Of a DNA stretch of 64,000 bases, positions 50,501-63,169 are shown in pieces. Numbering within the stretch: the first letter of the stretch is position 1; each line of letters begins with the position of its first letter. This stretch comes from Podarcis vaucheri (Eukaryota). The notes beneath the pieces are model-generated. The model worked only from the letters and a program-made list of their open reading frames with translations. It did no database searches and had not been told where the DNA came from. A program made the position numbers and the translations under genes. The stretch is taken from NCBI GenBank assembly GCA_965113315.1, contig OZ220371.1; one strand, 5' to 3'.

Positions 50501-53500
50501 GCCAGGGGTGTTGGTTGGTGATATAGGTAGAAAACTTGGGCAGAATGGATTAGATAATGGGTAAGTTTGAACCAAAATACTCTGAACTTCAAAGTAATGT
50601 TGCAAAAGTTACAAGTCACTTCTGCAGACCTCGAGAACAGAAATCCTAGCATGTGCATCGCACAGTGAAAGGACCTTCAGGTTGATCTGTCCCAGTCTGA
50701 GATGGTTCAAGCACATTGCCACATCATTGTGCGCCATTACATGAAAGAGTGGAGAGAAGCTTTGGAATCTCACAGTCATCTCTGCTCCCTCTCAAGGAAT
50801 GATTGCAAAACCCAAACATTTTTTCAAAGTCAACTAAAAGATAGTCTAAAGAGCAGAAATATTCCAAATTGGAGAGTGATACAATTAATTCAGGATGCAG
50901 GTGGTGCTGTGGGTTAAACCGCAGAGCCTAGGGCTGGCCAATCAGAAGGTCAGCGGTTCGAATCCCCACAACAGGGTGAGCTCCCGTTGCTTGGTCCCTG
51001 CGCCTGCCAACCTAGCAGTTCAAAAGCACGTCAAGTGCAAGTAGATAAATAGGTACTGCTCCAGCGGGAAGGTAAACGGCGTTTCTGTGCACCGCTCTGG
51101 TTCACCAGAAGTGGCTTAGTCATGCTGGCCACATGACCCGGAATGCACAGCCTATTATTGACAAACATTTAACATGTGTTCTAGAAAACCCTCATTTTAT
51201 AGGTTGGAAGCACTGACTTGAAGAGTCTGGTCCCAAGGATGACCGGCAAAGCTTCAAAACAAATGCAAACCAGATTGTGTGAGGAAGTAAACCAAGACAC
51301 CGACTGGATTATTTGTGGAATTTACATTCTAGAAAATACGTGTTGCTCACTGTCACTTCCTTGCGTTACACTCACATGTGTATGCACACACACACACACA
51401 CTCATCACCTGCCAAGAGACAGTTGGATTGTGCTGCACATAGTTTTCCTGATTGCTTCCTTTAAAATGACGCAACTAGTAAGTTGTAGTAGTGGGTACAG
51501 CTGTTAATGGGGAACAGTCCCCTCCTGCAATGTTTCCATATTTCCCCCTGAGCCTTCACATCCCCAGGGAGGCCTATAACCAGAACTTGAAATGTAAGAA
51601 TGATAGAGTTAAGTCACATGGAGCCAACCCGGTGCCTCCAGATGTTGAACTCCCATAGCCCCAGCCACATGACCAGTGGTCAAGGATGACGGAACTCGTA
51701 GTGCAACAGGACCTGTTGCCTGCAACTGAAAATGCTCCATGCAGCGTGATCTTCCTAGGAGTCCCCCTGCAGCTGTTATTCTGAAAGGAGAAGCAAACAC
51801 ACTAAATGCATTCATGCATTTAACATCATGTCTGCTCTTGGTTCTGTGAAACTAATAACTGTCTCTGTATTCAGCATTTGATTTATACAGCTCATTGGAC
51901 GTGCAGGTGTTCTCTCTTAATTCATTCTTTTTGGACTGGCAGCTTTGCAATGTTCCACAATGTCAGGATACCCAAAAGGAACTTGCTGAACCGAACCGGA
52001 GATGTCACAGCTGAGGGAGCGTATGCAAGTGCCTTCAAGGTATGAATTGTGCTTAACTAAGTTCCGTGTGCTTAATGCAAAACTTACGTAATTGCACTTG
52101 ACTAAGGATTCCTTTTATTGCTTAATCTGTTTAGTTCTTCCTCACATGCTCTCCAGAGTTTATCGCAGTATAATTAAGAACATAAACACAATATTATACT
52201 TTGAATGTTAACACTTGGTGTACTTGGGGAGAATTTTCTGGGTACAAAATGTTCAAACAAATCCTTAAAGCCTTTCCGCTTATCCTATCTTATTTCTCCA
52301 GGATCGCAAGCAGCGCTTAGGAGTTTCTCTTGGTGCTTTGTCCAATGGAAGAGTTATGATTATATCCATGTCTGTGGTCAATTTGAAGCTCGCCATATCA
52401 ATAGCAATTCGCTTCTCAGCTACCCGGCGCCAATTTGGACCAACAGATGATGAAGAAATACCTGTTCTTGAATACCAAATGCAGGTGAAAATCTAGAGTG
52501 CTCCTTAAAAGCCTGAAGTGCCAGATTTTGCACCCAGTGAGACCCCTAATTAAGCATAAGTCTTAGACATAGGCCAGTGGGTCCTCCTTTGAAACATACT
52601 CAGAGTCGCAAAGTGATTTCATGCTCTTTATTCAGCTCATAGTGGTGAGGAGGAATGAATGAAAGTCCCCTCACAGTATCTGCTTTATGTACATTATTTA
52701 CACAATGGGCTGCACATGATTGGCTAATTCCGGAATTCTACTGTAAGCCAATCAGGTTGTGGATTCACTTCTATCTGGAGCAGGATTGGGTGGTTCCTGC
52801 CAACCAATCATACTGCTGCATTGTTCTAGGACCAATCAGACTGCTGCATTCTGAATCCTATTGTTCTAGGACCAATCAGACTGCTGCAGTTTGGATCCTA
52901 TTCAACTCAGTACATAACATCCTTTAACATATAACACCTTAAAAACAAACACCCTTCATGAACAAGGATAACTGTTTTGTTGGAACTGGATGGTGGCTCC
53001 TTGTTAAATGAGGAGGGATGCTTTCGTTTTGCTATTTGGAGTTTTAAAAATCCTGGCTCAGAAAAATCCAAAGTAGTGCTTGCGGAGGAGGGCTGCAGGG
53101 GCAGAATAAAGCAGGATTGTAATTTTTTTTACATGCCACCGATTTGACTGGGTTGTGCCATCCGCTCTGGGTGGCTTCCAGCAAATTATAAAACCACAGC
53201 AAAACACCACACATTAAAAACTTCCCGATACAGGGCTACCTTCAGATGTCTTCTAAAAGTCAGATAATTGTTTATTTCCTTTGACATGTGTGGGAGGGTG
53301 TTCCACCGGGCAGGTGCCACTACCAAGAAGGCCCTTTGCCTGGCTCCCTGTAACCTCACTTCTTGCAATGAGGGAACCACCAGAAGGCCCTCAGAGTGAT
53401 CGATCACTGAAAGAAGGTTAAGAAAATTACCACTTTTACAAAGGGGACAAAAATGTCTCCTCTGTGTGTTTTTAAAGTGTTTTAAAAGGATGTGTATCTC

Positions 53501-56500
53501 TCAGTTTTTCCTCATGCAAATTTCATTTTTCTTCCAGCAATGGCGCTTGCTGCCGTATTTAGCAGCCACCTATGTCTTAGACCATTTCTCCAAAATGCTG
53601 TTCATAAACTCCATGGAATTCCACATAGGCCTCCTCATGAAGGACAAAAGTCCACAGCAGGTAAGGTTTTGTCAGTAATTCTTCGTTATAAGCCATTGCG
53701 CGGGAAATGAGTTGGTCCATTATTGGACTGGCAGGATTCAAGCATCCCGCTGTCTGAAGAGTGTACCTATTCTGCTCACCAGAGGGTTCTAAATGCTTCG
53801 CAGCCCAGAACATGGCAACTTGCACCCCAATTTCATGATAGGAAAACAGTAACTGTATTGCCAGCTGTGGGAAAATGCACAGCACTGTTACCTTTCTGAA
53901 TATGAGTAAAACACTCAGTTCTGTATGCACAACAAATTTCACAAATATAGCCTATTGTTTCTTCAGTGCCTTGTTTTTACATATATAAAGGTTTTTTTTT
54001 TATTAATGCGAAATCAAAAATACAGTTAATGAAGTACATAATCAAAGTTACACAACATAGGAGCAGTACAAAGGTTGTATTTTCCAAATAAATAGTGAGA
54101 AGATAATGCAGTAAAGAACACATCATGAAAGCCAAATTTTATTATTCGTTTGGGGAAGAGCATCTTGTCATATCTGAATTACATTTTAATTAACTGTGAA
54201 ACAGGTTGTTTATTTTTGTTTATCTTTAAACATTTTAAATTGTTCGTAATGATACATTTAATATTCTTGTAAACTGCCTAGAGGTTTTACTGTATTACAA
54301 TCAAGCGGTATCTAGATTTTGTTAAATAAAAGAAATAGTTGAAACATGTTAGTCTTGGTTTACCTCAGCTGAATCTCCTCCTCTTTTACATTCCTTCTGT
54401 TTTTCCCTCATGCATCTTTCATTTATTCTTTAAAACACATCACTTGTAAGCATGAAGGAGGGGCACTGTTGTTGCTAGGGTTATAATTTCTTTTAACTGC
54501 ATCTATAAATTTAATAGTACAGTAATTTTACAGTTGAGCCCTTTGGGGGGGGGGAGGTGTTGCATGTTCTAAACTGGAACGTGTCCAGAGGAGGGCAACC
54601 AAAATGGTCAAAGGCCTGGAAACGATGCCTTATGAGGAACAGCTAAGGGAGCTGGGCATGTTTAGCCTGGAGAAGAGGAGGTTAAGGGGTGATATGATAG
54701 CCATGTTCAAATATATAAAAGGATGTCACATAGAGGAGGGAGAAAGGTTGTTTTCTGCTGCTCCAGAACTTCCTGACAGTAAGAGCTGTTCGACAGTGGA
54801 ATTTGCTGCCAAGGAGTGTGGTGGAGTCTCCTACTTTGGAGGTCTTTAAGCAGAGGCTTGACAACCATATGTCAGGAGTGCTCTGATGGTGTTTCCTGCT
54901 TGTCAGGGGGTTGGACTCGATGACCCTTGTGGTCTCTTCCAACTCTAGGATTCTATGATTCTATGAAATGCACAGGCACTGAGGTGTATTCTCTAAAGAG
55001 CAGGAAATTGCTAGTATGTTTGTTGGTAATCCTGCTTGTGCAGTTCCCACAGTTGTTGGCAGTGCTTTTTTTTCTAAAATAATGTTTAGGGGTACTCTCA
55101 TTTTCCTACTCATATTGAAATACTGCCCCTCATTGAGGCCAAACTTAGATTCACAAAATGTTGAAGGGTATGTGTACCCCCAGTCCCCCCCCCCCCGAAA
55201 AAAGCACTGGTTGTTGGTAACGCAGAAGCCTGCGCAAAGAGGCTTAGAGTTGAGCATTTACGTCAGGGGTTGGCAACCTAAGGCCCATGGACCACAAGCA
55301 GCCCACAGGGGTTGTTTAACTGGCCCACGAGCCGAACCGAGCCGCTCGCTTGGCGAGTTCCCGCGTGCTGCGCTAAACCAGCATGGGGCGGGGAGTTTCT
55401 TTCACATTGCTGGAAATTATGTCTGCGCATGCGCAGACGCTGGAAATCACGTCTGTGCAGATGCTGAAAATCGCGGGTGCGCACCCACACGATCCAGCCC
55501 ACAGAGGGATCTCCGCTGGAGTGAACCAGCCCAGGTGAGGTAAACCTTGCCAACCCCTGATTTACGTCCTTGGCCTCTGCCATAGCTGCTCTGCTCTGTG
55601 CTGAAGTTGATGGTTCCTCAGGTCTAGGAGGACCCAGAAGGTTAATGGAGCATGTTGGCTATTGTGTTCTATATTCATTGTTCGTTCTGGTTCTACAAGG
55701 CGGAACTCGGGCGTGAAATCCATGCTTTATCTACTTCGGGGAAACCGCTGGCCTCCTGGCTGACTCAACAAGGAACTCAGGAATGCAGAGAAGCTTGTGG
55801 AGGACATGGCTATCTGGCCAGTAAGTGAACTTGACAGATAATTGTTTCCCATAATTGTCAGTAAGTGGTTTTATAAAATTTAAATCACAAGCACAGCTCA
55901 CTGATACATGTTAACTGTTCTTTCCAAAAGTGAATCGACTGGGTGATATCCGTAACGACAACGACCCAAATTGCACCTATGAAGGAGACAATAATGTTCT
56001 GCTACAGCAAACTAGCAACTACTTATTGGGCTGGATGAATGCCAAACTCCAAGGTTAGTATGTAGAACTTGGATGTTGCACTGACTCAGAAGCCCACCAA
56101 GTGGGTACGGGGTAAAACTGCCAGCAGATGCAGTTGTGTGTTTGCCAAGTTGAACTACTGCATTCCTATCAGTGTTTCTGTTGAAATGGTGGTCAGCACT
56201 CAAGCACCCTGTTTTTAACTATTCTTAGTACTGTTTTGGGTCACAATGACCTTACTTGAACTCTTAATTTGAGTTCATTGGACTCCGTAGATGCAAATGT
56301 TAGTGTCTTTGACAGTTTTAATGTTAGAGATGAGAGAAACCTCCCAATCAGAAACTGAAATATTGCCAAAAAAGCAGTGTAAGCAGAAATCCAGAAGTCC
56401 ACAGTTGGGTGATACCTTTTTTAGAACAGACCCAAAAGTTATAAGCTAGGCTTTGTTTTCTCAAAGAGTGTGTGTAACCTGCTATCAAGTAGCACCTGCT

Positions 56501-59500
56501 ATGGGCTTAACTCAGCCTGTGGTCTCTGTTTGAACAAGCTTGGTTTTTCCTCCTCTCACTGTTTTGCATAACAGCTTGCCATATTTTTGTGACCCTTTTG
56601 CTTGATTTTGATAAAGGCAATACCCAGCTGTGGGCTTTGCGGTCTTGATGTATTTTAGATGTTTCTCATGGAATCTGGTTCAAGATCTAGCTTGGACCAC
56701 ATCCTTGTTCCTTCTGGCAGGTTTCGGACTTTCACTGAGGGTGACCTGTAACTTTGCTGCCTCACAACTAAGCATGCATCTCAGAATAGGCACATCCTGT
56801 AGAAAGCATGATTTTTAACACACAATGGTGTGGGTACTTAATTAGCACCCATAATATTCTGTGGTTTGGGAACCTGGATCAACTCTTCTTGAACTCATCC
56901 CAAGCAGAATAAAAACAAGGTACTCAGTGTGAAACAGTAGTCTGTGCTCCCTGGTCTCCTCAAACAACAGAACAGCAGTCTAATTGTCATGTGAGAATAC
57001 CAGGGAGGGCTGACTACTGTTTCACGCTGAGTACCTTGTTTTTATTCTGCTTAGGGTGAGTTCAAGAAGAGTTGACTCAAGTTCCTAAACCAATTAACTT
57101 AAAACGTAATTTGAATGTGATGCAATTAGGCTAAGGAGTGCACAGTTGTGCATCATGTGCAAAGTACAGCTTAATAGAGGTTGTTTTTAAGGCTTCCAAC
57201 TTAGAAATAAAAGGGCCGTGTCTCAGAAGCATAGATGTGTTAAAGAGTTTGCTTGGTTGAAGTTGGAGAAATGGGGGAAATAGCTTAATCAGATTAGCCA
57301 TGCTGAATGCACCGATGAGCAGATTTTTGACTTGTATTGACTTTCAAAGCCATTAGTGCATAGACATTAACACACTTTGACTTGGTATTTAGTTTTCGTA
57401 TCATTGGCATTTCAGACAAAGGTCCTATTGCTTCACCATTGGGATCGGTAGATTTTTTGGAAGACTGTGATCATATTCTCTGCCAGAAGTTCACAGTGTC
57501 AAATGTTCAAGACTGCATGGATTCTTCTGGTAACTGTTCAAATTCTTGTCATGTGCTTATAATTTTGAGTGTGGCCCCTTTCCCCTACAAACCATTGACT
57601 ATTCTTCCTTTCAGGGCTTGCGGTTAAGTCCTTGTCCATTCTCTCTTCCCTTTAATTCACACACCAGCCCCCTGGGGTTGTTATGGCAAGTACCAGTTTA
57701 GAGGGTGGGTTGCTAGAGGAGGAAGGTTGTCCCATCCTGGAGATAGTAGAATGGGAGGGAATCGCTTGACAAAATAAATTTTAAGTTCTTTTGTAGAGAT
57801 TGACTGAGATTTTGATGACTGGAGCTTTATGCCATATGTTACAGTGGAAACGAAAACTCTGTGAGGAGAGAATGGGCTTGAGGCATGGGAGCGTGTAAAT
57901 CAGCAGGGAAACTGGGACCTGTGGGCGGATGATGCCTGGGAAAGACGTTCAGTACAGACGATGTTGTTAGTGATGAACATGAGAGTAGAGAGGAGGATGC
58001 TTTGGAGATGAAGGAGAATACAGTCTTACATAGGAAAAATGGGGCTTTGAAGTGTGCATGAATTAGTTCACTAGCCTTAAATAGAAGTATCAAAAAAAAA
58101 AAACCCTCTATCCTCTATTAGTTGGTATAATGCGAAATTATTTCTTCTGTCTTTATATGAACAGCAAATTGTTGGGGTGGAGCAGAGGAAGGACAGCTAA
58201 GTTTCAGCAGCAAAATATTTAATTTTGTGGATGCTTTTCAACCTTATTTCTGCAAAACGCAGACTGTGCATTACAGAAACTCAGATTCTGATGCAAACTA
58301 TCAGCATTATTTGCAGTCTGCTTTATAAGGATTTATTATTATCTTGAATGAAAACATTAAACCTTTGACATTTCTTTTTTCAGTACTTCTGAGAGGATAC
58401 AAGTGGCTGGTTTGTTACTTGCTCCAAGAGAGTTTCCAGAAGCTGAGAAACCAAGAAAAATGTGGTTGCAGTGAATTTGAGGCAAGGAACAACAGTCAGG
58501 TAAACACATTGTATGATTTTATGTTGCGGAGCAATTTCATGCACGGGGCTATTTTAATGGACGTTGCCCTTTACCACTGCCTCTCCCCTACACATACGCA
58601 CTATACATTGCACACTTCCTTTCACAAAAATATGAAAAGTAAAGCACCTAGGACCTCAAACTCAGCTGGAGCTAAAGTTCATGCTTTGTTGTGCAGCAAC
58701 TAAGTTAAAAAGAATAAACCCTGCCGTCAGGCTTACAGCCAAATAACCTCCTGCATGCATTTTTTACTTTAAAAGAAATAACTCGTGAGATTAACACCAA
58801 GTGGTGGAAAATGTGATCTAGACATCAGGAGATTTCTTGTGTAATGAGCCACAAACTTCTTTATCCCAAATGCTGGGCTGAAACCTTATGGAATGTGTCC
58901 AGAGCACCCCAAGTCCTGGATTAAGTTTTGTGTCCAGGCAGTAACAGTTCATTCCCTCTCTATGACAACAATAATAATTCAGATCCATGCCCACTATGCT
59001 GTTGCCTTTCCTAAGAGCTCATCCAAACTTGAGGCAGAAAGATTCCAGTGAATATGGGAACAGGGATGGATTTAGGGCTTTGCAAGCGATGCTCATGCAC
59101 TGGGTGCTGCGCCAAGGGGGCACCATCTCAGAGCCCAGTAAGTGAGGGACTGGGCTTTGGGAAGGAGGCACAGGGCTCTGAGAAGGTCCTAGGGTCCTCC
59201 TGCCTTTTTCCCAAAGACTAGTTAGCACTTCCCAGCTTTGGGAAGGAGATGGGAGGGCTCTAGGACCCTGCCAGAGCCCTGTGCCTCCTTTCCCAAACCC
59301 AGTACCTCACTTAGCCATCTTTGGGAAGGCAGTGCAAGGGCTGGAGAGGGGGCACCAAATTTTGGCCTCACACATCATGCTATAGTACTCAAGTCTGCCA
59401 CTGGTGGGAAACGAGTATGACTAAAGCCTTTGGAAGAGAGTCAAAGGTAGAGAAGGGGTGCTGAGGACGGTTACAAGTGAGTGTGGATCGGGGTATCATT

Positions 59501-62500
59501 GCTCCATCAGGAAGATAACAGAGAAGGGGCAGAACATGAGAAAATAATGGGAGAAGGAGCAGAAAAAATCGGCAAAGTCAGTCCAGTGTTTGGACTTCCT
59601 CCAGAGATGCCCAGCAGCTCCAGCACATGAATGGGCATGTCAAATAGTGGGGGTAAGTCAGGAACGGATACTAGCGAAAAAAGGGGAAAGTGGGTCATGG
59701 TGGCAGACCAATCCAAATTAAGGGTTCATGAAGCTAGAGGTTGGAAATGGACGTTTCTAAAGAGCTGGAGGGACCAATATTATCACTTAGTTATGATGGT
59801 TCATCCTAGTTTAATATTTGCCAAGGTACCTACAGTGTAATAAATACAGCAGAGAGTCCCACGGTGCTGTTACTCATTAAGGATACCAAAGGGCTTCCTT
59901 GTTTGCTGTAACAGACTGACACCATGTGATGTACAGTACCCCTGGAGGCAGGATCTTATGGCCTTCCCAGAGACAGTGGCCTCGTTCTCAGGCCCAACCA
60001 CTGAAAGGAAGCTCCGGGGGAGGAACAAGAGAATAGCAGATAACGGATTAGTGATGAAAGTTGCAAGACATGATGCCCAACCTTGCCTCATATTACAGAA
60101 TTGTCACGATCCGTCTTGCATACCTGTCCCCCTGAAATCGCATGAGAGATGTTCAGCTGGGATGCAGTCATGTTGAGTTCTATATATGCCACCAGCATTC
60201 CTTCACACAGTTGCTTCAGAGTACAATCTGCATCACTTTTATGCAGCACAGATTGCCCTGAAGGATACAGAGAGGATAGTAAGAATGGCCCTTTCAACTT
60301 CTTTTTGGGTGCCTTTTACTTAACTATTGCTATTGAACAGTTAGTAATCTTTGCCTGGATTTGTAGCTGTGGTTGAATTTTTCTTTCTTTTTTCAAGGTG
60401 TACTATTGTCGTTCTTTAGCTATAGCATTTATTGAGCACACTGTTTTGCAAAGATATCATGACTACGTTCACAGTTCCAACACACCAGCTAGCCTCCAGC
60501 CGGTACTGAAGAATATATGTTCGCTGTATGGATTATGGTCTTTAAATAAGCACATGTCAGTGCTCTACCAAGGTGAGATCAACATTTTGCCTACATGGTA
60601 AAATTTAGAATCTGCAAACACTTCAAGGCTCTTACAAATTTACTACTGCATTTAAGTAAGTAAGTAAGTTGAGCCACCCAGTGTAGTTTCTGCACCAAGG
60701 AAGCAGTAAATGCGTTATACAGTCTTACAGCTCTGATCTTTTAGCCCCAGTTCTCTTCTACTGCACAGCTTGGGGGAGCTGTGTTTTAAGATACAATACT
60801 GAATTTCCTAAACCTTTTCTTCTGACATCCAGCCTCTTACAAAACTTGCCTTAAGCTGTGGAGTGCAATCTTCTTAAAGGCAAAACTAGCAAGGTAACTA
60901 AAGGCCCCATCTGCACTGCACATCTGAAGCAGTACCATACCACTTTAAACAGCCATGGCTTCCCTCAAAGCATCCTGGGAATTGTAGTTTAAGTGTCTGA
61001 GAGTTATTAGGGAAACCCCATTCCCATCACACAGCTACAGTTCCCAGAGTTCTCTGGGAAGAGGGATTGATTGTTAAACCATTCTGAGAATTGTAGCTCT
61101 GTGAGGAGAATAGGAACTTGAAGGTAGAAAACAAAGTTTTTGCCTTATCTCTGTCTGTTCCTCCCAGGACTGTCGCTGACCACGGCCAGCTCAGCTTTGG
61201 CACTCGGCAGTATTCTTCACTTTCCAGAGAGCCACAATTAGGCACTTGGACACCAGATTCCAAGTCCTCTTCCCATTCAGCCATGAAGGGGAAACCTGCT
61301 CACTTTTAGATAACATTCTTCATACCCCACAGATCTAGCAGATTTTTTGATCCAATATGAGTCCTTTAACTTCATTGTCATCATAAATATCTTTCAGGTG
61401 GCTACATTTCAGGTGCAAATGCTGGCAGATTTGTGCAAGATGCAATTCTAGAACTGTGTTCAAAGGTATGTTCCCTTTTGGTTTAAATATTATGCTGAGT
61501 AACTGTAGACTAAGAGTCCAGGGGCAGCAGGGACCCCAGACTCTGAGCTTCCTTTAAACAAGAAGTGCAAGGCTCTAGCCTTTAGATTGAAAGCTATGAA
61601 GTAAAATGCGTGGGTATCATTCAGAGCAATTGGTTTGCAAGGTATATGAGCCTACTCTTGCCTTTCATTGTTGTTAACTTATGAGTGAAGTCAGAGCTGT
61701 GATTGATGAGCACGACAGAGAAATTTGGAGGCACACAGGCCCAAGTGAAGACCCCAAAATGCTTCAAAATGACCTGGAACATCCTTCTTAGTGTTTTTTT
61801 AAGGAAACCCCCAAAATAGTTGAGCTTTTTTCACACTTGATTCCTGCATTGCACGGGGTTGGACGCGATGACCCATGAGGTTCTATGATAGTGAAAATCG
61901 GAGAACATTATGGAGCTTTCCATATTAGAAATCTGAAACTGTTGGCTGTTAGTGGCTTGCCAAAATAGTTATGCTACAGCTCTGCTTGTTGTAGAAACCT
62001 AATCAGAATACCCAGTTTCTATAACTTTTTTTCCTGCACAGCTGAAGCAAGAGGCTGTGGCTTTGGTAGATGTGATTGCTCCTCCGGACTTCATTCTCAA
62101 CTCGCCAATTGGCAGGGCTGATGGAGAGGTAAACAAGTCTTTTTGCAAACCTCTGACTGTTTACTGTGCCTCTTTTTGAACTTTGTGTTTTCAATATTTG
62201 TACTTTGTTGTGTCACAGTTAGAAACTGTGTGTGTTTGGGAGTGGCTGAGAGGGAAGACCCACAGTCTAGCAGCATGAATATACCATATTTTTCGCTCTA
62301 TAAGACGCACCAGACCACAAGACGCACCTAGTTTTTGGAGAAGGAAAACAAGAAAAAAAATATTCTGAATCTCAGAAGCCAGAACAGCAAGAGGGATCGC
62401 TGTGCAATGAAAGCAGCGATCCCTCTTGCTGTTCTGGCTTCTGGGATAGCTGCGCAAGCCTTCATTCGCTCCATAAGACGCACACATATTTCCCCTTACT

Positions 62501-63132
62501 TTTTAGGAGGGAAAAAGTGAGTCTTATAGAGCAAAAAATACGGTCTGTTGCATTCTTCTGATGCTGGAAGTAAATCCACCTCAAACCGCACATTCCAGCC
62601 TTTCTGATCCTTGAGTTTGAGGCACCTCTGCTTGGGGAAGGTAACCGTTTTAGAAGACGGATTTAGAAGACGATTCCGCCAGGCCAAAGTAAATGAAGTA
62701 ACTTAACAAACTGAAGAACTTTGACTGTTAGCACAGGCTACCGAGGAAACCATATGATGTGCTCACCAGCTCTTTGATAATAAACCTGACTGCATTGTTC
62801 AGACTCTGCAGCTCAATTCAATTTAGCCATAATGTTCTTTTGAAATGATTTATCTGTTTATTTACTCTAAACATTGGCCTTCTCCTGATGCCTTGATACC
62901 CACAAGTGGGCCCTAGCACAAGCTGTGGTGGCGTCACCATTCCCTCTTTTTTTATCTAGCTTTTGGGGATTTTAAGGAGAGAGGCAGAAATATGAACGGA
63001 AAATAATATAGTGCAACTGACTTTCGGGGTTGGTGTGTTGTGCGACAAGCACACAGAATACAATGAGATTGAGTGTTTGGGGGGAAGGCTCGGTTAATTT
63101 CATTGTACACTGGTTGTACATCGACAATAAAG

Positions 63133-63169
<37 letters not shown>

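Noticed and set aside
55016-55543. 175-aa ORF
   Set aside because: Spans two adjacent hAT-type insertions; chance ORF.
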